Positions 31,110 to 41,416 of a stretch of 64,000 nt of DNA are shown in pieces (position 1 is the first letter of the stretch; every line of letters begins with the position of its first letter). Location: NCBI GenBank assembly GCA_045537045.1, contig JAZSOS010000033.1, positions 44,838 to 108,837 of the forward strand, written 5' to 3'. Below the pieces are notes generated by a model. It was not told where the DNA came from. It saw only the letters and a list, made by a program, of their open reading frames with translations, and ran no database searches. Made by a program: the position numbers and the translations under genes. The DNA is from Eubacteriales bacterium. GTDB taxonomy: Bacteria > Bacillota > Clostridia > Oscillospirales > JAAYXM01.

Positions 31110-32111
31110 TTACTTTAATGAGATTATAACGGTTTCTGTTTTCGGGTTGGAGTTGTTTTCATCAATCGTGTCGTTTGTGACTGTCATATACGCGTGCGAA
31201 AACTCTGCCCGCAGTCCCGGAGAAATCGCTTCTATCCGATCGATAACCGTCTGACACTCGGCTTCGATTTCCGCTTTATCGTTTACCGGTGCATCGGTTC
31301 TTACAAGAAGAAGAGGCATTGCACCGTATTCGCCGTCGTTTACGATGCTTATGCGGTAGAGCGACGAGTTTGCCGTATCGGGAAGAGCATACGGAAGTGC
31401 GATTTTTTCTGCAATCTCCGTATAGAGCTTGTAGCACATATCTTCCATTTCAACATCGTTTTCGTATCTCATATACCCGCCAGGGCGATACGCGCTCCCG
31501 AGCATACAGGAATAGATATACGCGGGTACGGTGTTTCCAGCGGCGCTTATTTCCTTTGTCTTTTCGTATACTGCGGGTGCATCCATGCCGTTGTACTTAT
31601 ACACTGTCGGAGTGAAGTATCCGATTTTAAAGCCGTCTGCCGTTGCGGTCATCATAACGGACATCATATACGAAATCTTCTCCCCCTCGGAAACGTAAAG
31701 CGCGCAAAGAAGATCTTCGCTTGCGGGAACAAGTTCGAGATATGTCTTATCCTCTGCCGCGTGCTTTGCCTTTATAAGCGTATCACTGACCTTAAGCCCG
31801 CTTAAATAGTACTTGTCAAAAGGCACAAACGGATTTTTTGCCATCCCATGAAGCTCAGAGAAAAGAGCAGCAATGTCTTCGGCATTAGTCTGGAGGCTCT
31901 CGTCAAGAAGCGGAAGCACGCCTGCAGCATCGTCCTCTTCATAGCAACGGAAAAACTCGGAAAGCACCTGCTCCGCGTCGGTACGCAGCTCATCAGAAAG
32001 CTCAGATGTAAGCGTATATTCACCTGCTGTTTCCGGCTTATTCCCGCATCCGCAAAGCAGAAGCGCAAGCGCCGCGGCAAACGCAGTTACACATAAAAAT
32101 GTCTTTTTCAT
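31110..32111 (-). CDS. hypothetical lipoprotein
   Basis: MKK + hydrophobic stretch + LCGC lipobox; no family recognised. Confidence 0.75.
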   Translation of the reverse strand: MKKTFLCVTAFAAALALLLCGCGNKPETAGEYTLTSELSDELRTDAEQVLSEFFRCYEEDDAAGVLPLLDESLQTNAEDIAALFSELHGMAKNPFVPFDKYYLSGLKVSDTLIKAKHAAEDKTYLELVPASEDLLCALYVSEGEKISYMMSVMMTATADGFKIGYFTPTVYKYNGMDAPAVYEKTKEISAAGNTVPAYIYSCMLGSAYRPGGYMRYENDVEMEDMCYKLYTEIAEKIALPYALPDTANSSLYRISIVNDGEYGAMPLLLVRTDAPVNDKAEIEAECQTVIDRIEAISPGLRAEFSHAYMTVTNDTIDENNSNPKTETVIISLK

Positions 32112-32114
32112 ATA

Positions 32115-33320
32115 TTATCTTCTCCTTCTCTTTTTCTTTTTCGCACGGTAAATCCGTTTTCTTATTATAATTGCCGCACACAGAAGAATAAATGCGCTAA
32201 CAATGCACAATACAATTAGCGCGACTGACTTTATGATTCCGCCGACAATGCCTTTTATCGTATCGCGTCGTATCTCACCGTCAGTTTTGGCGGAAACGTC
32301 AATTGAAACAGAGCACGGTGTTCTCAGAATTTCTTCTCCGTCGGTGTATGAGAACACGGCATAGTCAACACCGTCCTCCATTGTGACGGAAAGCGAGACA
32401 TCCTCGCGCGTTTTTCCTGCGGGAAGAAGAAGCTCTACCGGCTTATCAAACGCATATCCACCTGCCGGAAGATCTGATGTGTCATAGCTTGTTTCGCTGA
32501 AATTTTCAAATCCCCAGTCGAGCAATGCCTTTGTATCGGCGTATTTGTCTTTATCTTTTACGCACTTCATAACAACGGCGATAAGGCATCTGCCGTCCCG
32601 CTCCGCCGCCGTTACGAGAGTGCATTTTGAAACGCGTGTCCATCCGGCCTTTCCACCAATTATACCGTCATACTTCATATCCGGAACGCTTACCATATAG
32701 TGCTGGTTTACGAATGTGCGCGACTCCGGCTGTTCGTTTGTCGGCGCCATAACGTATTTATACGTACCGAAAACCTTGCGGAACGTCTCGTTTTTCAATG
32801 CATAGCGGCAAATCATCGCCATATCATATGCGGTAGTATAATGATTATCGTCACTTAGCCCGTGTGCATTGACGAAATTTGAATTTTTCGCACCCGCGCG
32901 AACGGCTGTTTCGTTCATCATCTCCGTAAACGCCTCAATTGAACCGGCTGCCTTTTCCGCAATCCCGTTGCATGCATCATTTGCCGACATCAGAAGCGCT
33001 GCATACACCGCCTGCTCCATCGTTATCTCCTCGCCCTCGTCAAGCGCAATGTGGCTTGAGCCGACGGGAAGGGAAAACACGGCATAGTGCGACATCGTCA
33101 TTTTTTCCGTCATCGGAAGCTTTTCAAGTCCCGTTATGACGGTGAGTATTTTTGTTATGCTTGCAGGGTACATCTGCTTATGCATTTCTTTGTCATACAG
33201 CACCTGCCCCGTTTCCGCATCAATGAGCACCGCAGATTCCGAAACAAGCTCCGGAGCCGCGGCAAACGCGGTTACCGTAAGTAAAAGAACCACTGAAAGC
33301 ACGATATAAAATCTTTTCAC
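32115..33320 (-). CDS. D-alanyl-D-alanine carboxypeptidase (peptidase S11)
   Basis: PASITK, SAN, GKAG; signal peptide and C-terminal TM with basic tail. Confidence 0.9.
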   Translation of the reverse strand: MKRFYIVLSVVLLLTVTAFAAAPELVSESAVLIDAETGQVLYDKEMHKQMYPASITKILTVITGLEKLPMTEKMTMSHYAVFSLPVGSSHIALDEGEEITMEQAVYAALLMSANDACNGIAEKAAGSIEAFTEMMNETAVRAGAKNSNFVNAHGLSDDNHYTTAYDMAMICRYALKNETFRKVFGTYKYVMAPTNEQPESRTFVNQHYMVSVPDMKYDGIIGGKAGWTRVSKCTLVTAAERDGRCLIAVVMKCVKDKDKYADTKALLDWGFENFSETSYDTSDLPAGGYAFDKPVELLLPAGKTREDVSLSVTMEDGVDYAVFSYTDGEEILRTPCSVSIDVSAKTDGEIRRDTIKGIVGGIIKSVALIVLCIVSAFILLCAAIIIRKRIYRAKKKKRRRR

Positions 33321-33340
33321 AATTCCCTCTCCTGTTGCAT

Positions 33341-34306
33341 TTAATTACGACGCATATCGTTTCCTAAAAACTCTAGCTTTATAAAATCACCCTTGATACG
33401 GGAGAAGAATGCCGTTCCATAGTCTTTTATAATATCATTTTCCTCATTTGAGGAAATTATTACGGTTTTTTTGTCTGCATTCTGCCTCATATTTACGATA
33501 TTGAACAGCGCGGCGATGGTGAACGGTGTTTTCATCTCGCGCCCAACGTCATCCAGAATAAGAAGGTCGCACGTTTCATACACGTCTGTGTTTGCGTCGC
33601 TTCTTCCGAACTTCACCGCCTCATATTCTCCCAGAACGGAGAAAGCAGTGCCGAAAACGACGGAAAATCCGCGGTCAGCAACTCTTCGCGCAATGCATGA
33701 CGCAAGAAACGTCTTCCCCAGTCCAGGTTCACCTGTGAGGAAGAGGTTTTCGCTATCCGCACCGAAAGTCTCGGCATAATCGCGTGCAAACTCCAGCACC
33801 TCGCACATCTGAGCGCGGGGAGAAAGAGCCGTTCCGTTTTCGGGATAGCGCGATGTATCAAACTCTGCAAAATCACATTTTTTAAGAACAAGCTTCTTAT
33901 TTATCTCATCGGCAACCGCACGGCGGTATCTGGTGATAACACACGGACAAAGCTCCCCGCCGGTGTATCCGGAATCACTGCACACCTCGCACGAATATCT
34001 CGGCTCAAGTGCGCTCTCGGGAATGTTTGCCTCCGAGAGAAGCTTCTTCCGTTCAGCAACAAGAGCAAGGTTTTTCTCTTTTGCGCGTGCAATAAGTGTC
34101 GCTGTATCCTCGCCCTTACCAAATGATGCGCGTATGACGTCAAATACCGTTGTGCGAAGTGCGGCGTCAATCTCTGCTACGCGTGGCAATGCACCGTAAA
34201 CTTTAAGCTTTCGCGCTTCTGCCTCAGCCTCTGCACGGATTTTTTCGTTTTCAAGAGTATGTAAAACATTTTCGAGAATTTCTTTATCGTATTTTATTCC
34301 GCTCAT
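33341..34306 (-). CDS. DnaC/IstB-like AAA+ ATPase (helicase loader family)
   Basis: CEVCSDSG...CPC zinc motif, GEPGLGKT, LLILDDVG; follows dnaD-like gene. Confidence 0.85.
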   Translation of the reverse strand: MSGIKYDKEILENVLHTLENEKIRAEAEAEARKLKVYGALPRVAEIDAALRTTVFDVIRASFGKGEDTATLIARAKEKNLALVAERKKLLSEANIPESALEPRYSCEVCSDSGYTGGELCPCVITRYRRAVADEINKKLVLKKCDFAEFDTSRYPENGTALSPRAQMCEVLEFARDYAETFGADSENLFLTGEPGLGKTFLASCIARRVADRGFSVVFGTAFSVLGEYEAVKFGRSDANTDVYETCDLLILDDVGREMKTPFTIAALFNIVNMRQNADKKTVIISSNEENDIIKDYGTAFFSRIKGDFIKLEFLGNDMRRN

Positions 34307-35241
34307 ACAGCACTTCCCTGCCTTTTCTTCCTGTTAAGCTCGCGAAGTCTCATTGCCGCGCTTTCGTCCGCGCCCTGAGGTGCCGGTGCTTGACTTGGTT
34401 TCTTGTCTCCGGACTCAACATCAGCGAGAGTCTTTGCGCCAAGCGCGCTCCACGACACCAGAATTCTGTGCATATAGCTCCACTTGAGCGAGCCGGTGTT
34501 TACAACAGTTTTATCATATGCCGCCTCGATAAGCTCGTCCGAAAGCCCGAAGGTCATCCACTCGGAAATATATTTTTCCTCCGTGGGCGAAAGAGCACGT
34601 CCCGAAATCCGCAAAAGCTCTGCAAATCTCGTCTTCTCGCGGCCAAGCTTTTCCTGCTCATTTAAGTATTCCTCCGCGCGGCCTAGCGTAAGCACACCTG
34701 CGCGCACCCATGCCTTCGCACGTTTTTCAACCGTACGCATCGTCGGCACGCGCCCCGGACCGTAACGCTTTCTCATATCGTCAATACAGCTTTTCACAAG
34801 CAGACATATAACGTCCACCGGAAGCCCCAACCACGAGTAAATACCCAAAAGCACCTGCAAATCGACCGTGGAAAGAAGCTTGCCGAGCGATTCTTCACAG
34901 AAATTGACAAGGTATTTAAAGTTGCTGTCCGAACCGATATGCTCTGCCACATCTGCCGACGAATATTCCGGTATGGCATCTGAGCGCTCGGGAATATTTA
35001 TTCCCTCCGTCTTTCCGATAAGTCCGCGCGCCTCAAGAAACGACATCGCACGCGACATTTCCTCTGCGCTCATTTTCAGACGCTTTTCTGCGGCAGAGAT
35101 ATCAAGCTCTCCGGAGTGTGACAATATATATATGTAAAGAAGTGCGGCGTTTCCGTCAGCGCTGTCGAGAAGAAGGTTTGCCGAATGCGACGGGATAACC
35201 ACATCCAGAGATTTCGGCACCTTCAGTTTTAAAACTCCCAT
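34303..35241 (-). CDS. DnaD domain replication protein
   Basis: Two DnaD-like repeats (AKAWVRAGVLT; YMHRILVSWSALGAKT). Confidence 0.8.
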   Translation of the reverse strand: MGVLKLKVPKSLDVVIPSHSANLLLDSADGNAALLYIYILSHSGELDISAAEKRLKMSAEEMSRAMSFLEARGLIGKTEGINIPERSDAIPEYSSADVAEHIGSDSNFKYLVNFCEESLGKLLSTVDLQVLLGIYSWLGLPVDVICLLVKSCIDDMRKRYGPGRVPTMRTVEKRAKAWVRAGVLTLGRAEEYLNEQEKLGREKTRFAELLRISGRALSPTEEKYISEWMTFGLSDELIEAAYDKTVVNTGSLKWSYMHRILVSWSALGAKTLADVESGDKKPSQAPAPQGADESAAMRLRELNRKKRQGSAV

Positions 35242-35377
35242 TATTATTTCTCCCACACAAGCCAAATATAATAATACATAATAAAGTATATCACAAAACC
35301 TATCCGCTGACAAGAATAATGTTTCGCCGTCAAAATTTTTTAAAATTGCAAAAAAGGAAAAATTTCTAAAAAAACTC

Positions 35378-35425
35378 TTGACAACTGTAAAAAGTATGAT
35401 ATACTATAATTAGTAATGATTACTA
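35378..35425 (+). promoter_or_regulatory. ferritin promoter with Fur-family 7-1-7 operator
   Basis: TTGACA-16-TATACT; perfect TAGTAAT-G-ATTACTA palindrome at 35411-35425. Confidence 0.6.
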
Positions 35426-35448
35426 CTTATTTTAAGGAGGACTACATA

Positions 35449-35958
35449 ATGAACGTAAACGTAGCAAAGCTTATGAACGAACAGATTAACAAGGAGCTTT
35501 ATTCAGCTTATCTCTATCTTGATTTTTCAATTTTCTATGAGCAGCAGGGCCTCGACGGCTTCGCAAACTGGTATATGGTTCAGGCGCAGGAGGAGCGCGA
35601 CCACGCAATGCTTTTCCTTAAATATCTCCAGCTCAACGGTGAAAAGGCAGAGCTTGATGCTGTGGGTAAGCCGGACAAGGAAATGAAAACGCTTATGGAT
35701 CCGCTGAAGTTCGGACTTGAACATGAACAGTATGTAACAAGCCTTATCAATGACATCTACGCCGCGGCGTATGAGGTAAAGGATTTCCGCGCAATGCAGT
35801 TCCTCGACTGGTTTGTTAAAGAACAACTCGAGGAAGAGAAGAACGCGGATGATATGATAAAGAAGATGGAGCTTTTCGGCAACGATTCCAAGGGGCTTTA
35901 TTCCCTCGATTCTGAATATGCCGCAAGAGTATACACGGCCCCGTCTCTTGTTCTGTAA
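35449..35958 (+). CDS. ftnA: non-heme ferritin
   Basis: QINKELYSAYLY, EERDH, EHE, FLDWFVKEQLEEE ferroxidase residues. Confidence 0.93.
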   Translation: MNVNVAKLMNEQINKELYSAYLYLDFSIFYEQQGLDGFANWYMVQAQEERDHAMLFLKYLQLNGEKAELDAVGKPDKEMKTLMDPLKFGLEHEQYVTSLINDIYAAAYEVKDFRAMQFLDWFVKEQLEEEKNADDMIKKMELFGNDSKGLYSLDSEYAARVYTAPSLVL

Positions 35959-35969
35959 AAATAAATATG

Positions 35970-36003
35970 AAGAAGAGGCTCATGTTCAGAGCCTCTTCTT
36001 TTA
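35970..36003 (+). terminator. intrinsic terminator
   Basis: AAGAAGAGGCTC...GAGCCTCTTCTT followed by T residues. Confidence 0.7.
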
Positions 36004-36115
36004 TTTCCGAAAATTCCCGTACTTTTCTCAATAATTGTTATTGACCTTCGGCGAAATAAATGTTACTATTATATAGCGTTAAATAAATAACAAAATGTAT
36101 CAAGGTAGGGATAGT

Positions 36116-36958
36116 ATGTATAAGATAATAAAAAAAGAATACCTTAATCCCACAGTTGTGAGGATGGAGGTTTTGGCACCCGAGGTTGCCCGCCGCGCAG
36201 ATGCAGGTCAGTTCATTATTCTCCGCGCAACAGAGGACGGCGAAAGAATGCCGCTTACCGTTGCTGACTACGACAGAGAAAAAGGCACGGTTACGATAAT
36301 CTTCCAGGTTGTCGGCGCAACTACTGAAACGCTCCGTCACCTTGAAGAAGGTGACTATATCGCTGATTTTGCAGGTCCGCTCGGACGCAAGACTGAGACC
36401 GAAGGCCTTTCTTCAGTCGCAGTTGTCGGCGGTGGTGTGGGAAGCGCAATTGCATATCCCGTTGCAAAGAAGCTTCATGCGCAGGGTGCGTATGTCGATG
36501 CAATCGTCGGCTTCCGTACGCGCGATCTCGTTATACTTGAGGACGAGTTCCGCGCATCAAGCTCTGAGCTTCACATTATGACTGATGACGGCACATACGG
36601 CGAGCGCGGACTTGTTACGGAGGTTCTTGAAAATCTAATCAATGCAGGAAGAAAGTATGACGAGGTTATTGCCATCGGCCCGCTTCCGATGATGAAGTTC
36701 GTTTCACTTCTTACAAAAAAATACGGTATCAAAACCGTTGTCAGCATGAACCCGATTATGATTGACGGTACAGGTATGTGCGGTTGTTGCCGCCTTACCG
36801 TGGGCGGCGAGACGAAGTTTGCATGCGTTGACGGCCCTGAGTTTGATGGACATCTCGTTGACTTTGACGAAGCAATACGCCGCAGCCGTATGTACAGTGA
36901 TTTTGAATCACATTCACGCGAAGAGACGTGCAATCTCTTCAAAAAGGAGGTAGAGTAA
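36116..36958 (+). CDS. nfnA: electron-bifurcating transhydrogenase small subunit NfnA
   Basis: GQF..ERMPLT, GPLG, GGGVG, DGTGMCGCCR...CVDGPEF; paired with nfnB. Confidence 0.88.
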   Translation: MYKIIKKEYLNPTVVRMEVLAPEVARRADAGQFIILRATEDGERMPLTVADYDREKGTVTIIFQVVGATTETLRHLEEGDYIADFAGPLGRKTETEGLSSVAVVGGGVGSAIAYPVAKKLHAQGAYVDAIVGFRTRDLVILEDEFRASSSELHIMTDDGTYGERGLVTEVLENLINAGRKYDEVIAIGPLPMMKFVSLLTKKYGIKTVVSMNPIMIDGTGMCGCCRLTVGGETKFACVDGPEFDGHLVDFDEAIRRSRMYSDFESHSREETCNLFKKEVE

Positions 36959-36960
36959 CT

Positions 36961-38337
36961 ATGGCTAATATGTCTCCGAAAAAAAATCCTATGCCCCAGC
37001 AGGAGCCTTGCGTACGTTGCAAAAACTTTGATGAGGTTGCACTTGGATATACCGAAGAGCAGGCAATTGACGAAGCAAAGCGCTGCCTTAACTGTAAAAC
37101 ACGCCCGTGTGTTGCAGGATGCCCCATTGCGGTGCAGATTCCTGAATTTATCGCACGCGTCGCCGAGGGCGATTTTGACGGCGCATATAAAGTGATAACC
37201 GAAACCAATTCTCTCCCCGCAGTTTGCGGAAGAGTCTGCCCGCAGGAAACGCAGTGCGAGTCAAAATGCGTTCGCGGAATAAAGGGCGAGTCCGTCGGAA
37301 TAGGGCGTCTTGAGCGCTTCGTTGCTGACTGGCATATGAAGAATGTAAAAACAGAGGCAAAAAAGATAGAGAAAAACGGACATCGTGTTGCCGTTATCGG
37401 TGCAGGTCCTTCTGGTCTCTCGTGCGCCGGAAGCCTTGCCGCTCGCGGATATGACGTCACTATTTTTGAGGCACTTCACGTTGCCGGCGGTGTTCTGTCC
37501 TATGGTATTCCGGAATTCCGTCTCCCCGGTGAGGTTGTAAAGCACGAAATTGACGAGCTGCGCGCTCTTGGTGTTGAAATTAAAACCAATATGATAATCG
37601 GAAAAACACTGCTTATTGACGAGCTGTTTGAAGAAGGATATGAAGCCGTATTTATTGGCTCCGGCGCAGGGCTTCCGAAGTTTATGAACATCCCCGGCGA
37701 GAACTTAAACGGCGTTTACTCCGCAAACGAGTTCCTCACGCGTATAAACCTTATGGGCGCGTATAAGGAGGACTCAAAAACCCCGATTATGCACGCAAAG
37801 CACGTTTGTGTCGTTGGTGGCGGAAACGTTGCAATGGATGCGGCGCGCTCTGCAAAGAGAACGGGCGCGGATGTAACACTTGTGTACCGCCGCACAGCAA
37901 ACGAGCTTCCTGCACGTAAGGAGGAGGTTGAGCATGCGCTTGAAGAGGGAATCAAATTTGAATTCCTTACCTCTCCGATTTCAATAAACGGTGACGGCGC
38001 GGTTTCATCAATCACTTGTGACAGAATGTGTCTTTCTGACCCTGACGAATCCGGAAGAAGACGCCCGATGGTTATTGAAAACAGCGAGTTTGATATAGAG
38101 TGCGACTGCGTTATCATGTCAATCGGAACATCCCCGAATCCGCTTATCGCATCTGCAACAGACGGACTTGACACCCAGAAATGGGGCGGAATCGTTGCCG
38201 ATGAAGTCGGCAAAACAAGCCGCGATATGGTCTGGGCAGGCGGAGACGCCGTGACAGGTGCGGCAACGGTAATCCTTGCTATGGGTGCCGGAAAGACCGC
38301 CGCCGAGGAAATTGACAAAGCGATTATGGGTAAATAA
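36961..38337 (+). CDS. nfnB: NfnB / glutamate synthase beta-like large subunit
   Basis: RCLNC...CVAGCP, CGRVCPQETQCE, GAGPSG, GGGNVAMD, YRR, GGDAVTG. Confidence 0.88.
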   Translation: MANMSPKKNPMPQQEPCVRCKNFDEVALGYTEEQAIDEAKRCLNCKTRPCVAGCPIAVQIPEFIARVAEGDFDGAYKVITETNSLPAVCGRVCPQETQCESKCVRGIKGESVGIGRLERFVADWHMKNVKTEAKKIEKNGHRVAVIGAGPSGLSCAGSLAARGYDVTIFEALHVAGGVLSYGIPEFRLPGEVVKHEIDELRALGVEIKTNMIIGKTLLIDELFEEGYEAVFIGSGAGLPKFMNIPGENLNGVYSANEFLTRINLMGAYKEDSKTPIMHAKHVCVVGGGNVAMDAARSAKRTGADVTLVYRRTANELPARKEEVEHALEEGIKFEFLTSPISINGDGAVSSITCDRMCLSDPDESGRRRPMVIENSEFDIECDCVIMSIGTSPNPLIASATDGLDTQKWGGIVADEVGKTSRDMVWAGGDAVTGAATVILAMGAGKTAAEEIDKAIMGK

Positions 38338-38350
38338 GAAATATATAGTT

Positions 38351-38376
38351 ATCACCCCGCCGTACGGCGGGGTGAT
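38351..38376. terminator. GC-rich palindrome between convergent genes
   Basis: ATCACCCCGCCGTACGGCGGGGTGAT perfect palindrome. Confidence 0.65.
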
Positions 38377-38392
38377 TTATTGGTTTGCATTT

Positions 38393-39253
38393 TTATCTGT
38401 TTCTTCCGAGGAAGAATACGGCGAGAGTGCCGGGTCCGGAGTGAGAACCGATAACCGGACCTACATACGTTATGATTTCCACACGAGCACCCTTCTCCTC
38501 AAGAAGCGCTTTTATTTCAGCAACATCCTCTTCACAGTCTCCATGGGAGATGTAAACCCTGCCGTTTTTGTCGAGCGCAAGCTCATTGTATTTATCAGCG
38601 ATGGTTCGAAGTGCGGTTTTTCTTCCTCGCACCTTTGCTACATTTATGAGATGTCCCTCATTGTCAACGTGCATAACCGGCTTGATGTTCAGCATGCCTC
38701 CGACAAATGCCGCAGTGGGGCTTACGCGCCCGCCGCGCTTTAAGTATTTAAGGTCATCCACCGTAAACCAGTGGCAGAGATTCAAGCGTATATCCATAAC
38801 GTAGCGCGCAACATCTTCAATGCCTGCACCTTCATCCTTTTTATCTGCGGCAAGCATAACAAGAAGTCCCTGCCCTGCCGATGCACAAAGCGTGTCAATC
38901 GCAATAACGCGGCGATCGGGAAACTCATCAAGAAGCTCCTCTGCTGCAAGGCGGCCGGCATTGTAGGTGTTGCTCAGTCCCGAGGAAAATCCGAGATACA
39001 GGACATCACGCCCATTAACAAGCTCTTCTCGGAAAATCTCTTTAAAACCCTCTATGTTTATTGCGGAGGTCTTTGCAACTGCACCGTTTCTCATTCTGTC
39101 GTAAAAGTCCTTTGCGGAAAGCTCCTCGTTTTTATATTCCTTGTCCTCATCCATAAATCGGAAGGTGAGGCTCTGTGCGCGTATGCCGCGGCGGGCGAGA
39201 ACCTCTGCCGAGAGATCGCAGCCAGAATCTGTAATAATAACATAATCGTTCAT
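38393..39253 (-). CDS. DegV/FakB family fatty-acid-binding protein
   Basis: TDSGCDL, KTS, SSGLSNTY, DDLKYLKRGGR, IKP, HSGPG. Confidence 0.92.
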   Translation of the reverse strand: MNDYVIITDSGCDLSAEVLARRGIRAQSLTFRFMDEDKEYKNEELSAKDFYDRMRNGAVAKTSAINIEGFKEIFREELVNGRDVLYLGFSSGLSNTYNAGRLAAEELLDEFPDRRVIAIDTLCASAGQGLLVMLAADKKDEGAGIEDVARYVMDIRLNLCHWFTVDDLKYLKRGGRVSPTAAFVGGMLNIKPVMHVDNEGHLINVAKVRGRKTALRTIADKYNELALDKNGRVYISHGDCEEDVAEIKALLEEKGARVEIITYVGPVIGSHSGPGTLAVFFLGRNR

Positions 39254-39457
39254 GTGTAAATTCCCCTTCTGTAAATTATGAACATATTCTACCACACATT
39301 TGCTGTTTTTTAAACACTTTGGTTCCCTCTATTTCAAAAACGCATAGTAGAGCGTAAAATCCAACATTCTACCAGCAGTAGAATTAACAAAATAAACGTT
39401 GTTTTATACTCAAAATTATGATACAATAATTAAAAAGCAGAATCGGAGGGGTGAAAC

Positions 39458-40063
39458 ATGGACGATTTAAGGCTTGTAATCGCAAAAAATATATCGGAAC
39501 TTCGCCGTGCGGCAGAAATGACACAGTTTGAGCTGGCAGAGCGGCTTAACTATTCCGACAAAGCCGTATCAAAGTGGGAGCGGGGCGAGTCCGTGCCGGA
39601 TATTGCCGTACTCAAGAACATTGCGGATATCTTTTCCGTCACCGTAGATTATCTTTTGGAAGAAGAGCACGCAAAGAAACGCTTTGATAAACCGCAGAAC
39701 CGAATCCGCCTTGCCAACCGCGGATTCATTACCGGAATGTCTGTAACGCTTGTGTGGCTTGTTGCACTTCTTGCATTTGTAACCGGAGATATGTTCCGCG
39801 AGCAAACACTCGGATATCACTGGCTCGTATTTTTGTGGGCAGTGCCCATAACATTTATCGTATGGCTTGTGCTCAATTCCGTTTGGTTTAACAAGCGGCG
39901 CAATTTTCTCATTATATCTTTTCTTATGTGGACAAGCCTTGCCGCCATCCACATTTCATTTCTTCTTCTCGCAGATATAAATATCCGTTTTATATATCTT
40001 CTCGGCGTTCCCGGACAGATAATCGTTCTGTTCTGGTCTTTTATACGCTCAAAAAAGCTGTAA
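39458..40063 (+). CDS. XRE-family HTH regulator with C-terminal membrane domain
   Basis: TQFELAERLNYSDKAVSKWERGESVPD; four hydrophobic helices. Confidence 0.85.
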   Translation: MDDLRLVIAKNISELRRAAEMTQFELAERLNYSDKAVSKWERGESVPDIAVLKNIADIFSVTVDYLLEEEHAKKRFDKPQNRIRLANRGFITGMSVTLVWLVALLAFVTGDMFREQTLGYHWLVFLWAVPITFIVWLVLNSVWFNKRRNFLIISFLMWTSLAAIHISFLLLADINIRFIYLLGVPGQIIVLFWSFIRSKKL

Positions 40064-40130
40064 CAAAAAGCCGGTTTTATAAGACATAAAAACGGGTGTG
40101 GCAAACTTCATTTGCCTCACCCGTTTTTTG

Positions 40131-40553
40131 TTATACAATTGTTCCCGCATCCTTCTTCGGATTTACGATGTCACGCCAATCCATATCCCCGCGTGCAAGA
40201 CCGTGGATAAGAACCTCGGCTGTTGCGATGTTTGTAGCAACAGGTACGTTGTGCATATCACAAAGCCGCAGGATAGACATTATTGCCGGTTCGTGCGGAA
40301 GTTCTGTAATCGGGTCGCGGAAAAACAGCATCATATCAATTTCGTTATATGCTATTCTCGCACCGATTTGCTGGTCACCGCCCTGCGCCCCCGAAAGGAA
40401 GCGGCGTACCTCAAGCCCGGTAGCATCGGAAACGAGCTTTGCCGTTGTTCCCGTTCCGCAGAGAGAATGCTGTGCAAGCACGCCCTTGTATGCGATGCAG
40501 AACTGAACCATCAGTTCTTTCTTCTTGTCATGTGCAATAAGTGCTATGTTCAT
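40131..40553 (-). CDS. mgsA: methylglyoxal synthase
   Basis: [31 protein letters not shown]. Confidence 0.93.
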   Translation of the reverse strand: MNIALIAHDKKKELMVQFCIAYKGVLAQHSLCGTGTTAKLVSDATGLEVRRFLSGAQGGDQQIGARIAYNEIDMMLFFRDPITELPHEPAIMSILRLCDMHNVPVATNIATAEVLIHGLARGDMDWRDIVNPKKDAGTIV

Positions 40554-40569
40554 ATCTATACCCTCATAC

Positions 40570-41328
40570 TTAAGCCTTTTTCGGTATTTTCATAAGCGGA
40601 ACGCTTTCCCCGCAGATGCGCCGTGCAATATTTCGGTAAGCCTTTGCGGCAGGCGCACGAAGATTTGAAAACAGAAGTGTACCTTTGTTTGCCGCCTCTA
40701 TAACTGCTCTGTCCTCAGGAATAATTCCGATAAGGCGGGTGCTTGTCCGGTCAATTGCCTCATCAATATTCGCGGCGGCAAGCTTTTTTATAAGAGACGG
40801 CCGCACACGGTTCACAACAAGGCGGATATCTCCTATTCCCCTCTTTTTAAGAGACTCGCGCGTCAGGCGCGCATCGCGCAGGCTGACGGTATCCGTTGTT
40901 GCAACAAGAATGGCGCAGTCTGCCGCGGCGGCGGCAAGGTTGAAACCGAAATCAAGGCCTGCCGGACAGTCTATTATGCAGAAGTCACACATCCGCTTGA
41001 TTTCACGCACCAGCTCTGCCATCTGGCGTGGAGTTACATCTCTCCCGGCTTTTTCACCGAGCGGAGCGGAAATCAGGCGCAAATTCTCAATAAGAGGATG
41101 AGTAAGCAGCGCCTTTTCAAGCGAAACATTTCCCGATATAACATCGGTAAAATCAAAGAGAGCGGAATCTGAAACACCGAGAACTATATCCATATTACGC
41201 AATCCTACATCGGCATCAAGCACAATAACACGCTTGTCCATTGCCGCAAGACAACAGGCAATCCCCGATGCAACCGAGGTCTTGCCCGTTCCGCCCTTGC
41301 CGGATGCCACGCATATAGCACGTCCCAT
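40570..41328 (-). CDS. minD: septum site-determining ATPase MinD
   Basis: [31 protein letters not shown]. Confidence 0.88.
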   Translation of the reverse strand: MGRAICVASGKGGTGKTSVASGIACCLAAMDKRVIVLDADVGLRNMDIVLGVSDSALFDFTDVISGNVSLEKALLTHPLIENLRLISAPLGEKAGRDVTPRQMAELVREIKRMCDFCIIDCPAGLDFGFNLAAAAADCAILVATTDTVSLRDARLTRESLKKRGIGDIRLVVNRVRPSLIKKLAAANIDEAIDRTSTRLIGIIPEDRAVIEAANKGTLLFSNLRAPAAKAYRNIARRICGESVPLMKIPKKA

Positions 41329-41416
41329 TGCCCTTTCGCTCCTCATTTTAACATACTTTACTATAGTATACAATAAATATTTCGATTTGTAAATTGTTTT
41401 TTCGCAAGTAGCCTTA

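Noticed and set aside
33341-35241. DnaD + DnaC/IstB pair as a prophage or IS21 replication module
   Set aside because: No integrase, IstA transposase or phage genes nearby; the pair is a usual chromosomal arrangement in Clostridia.
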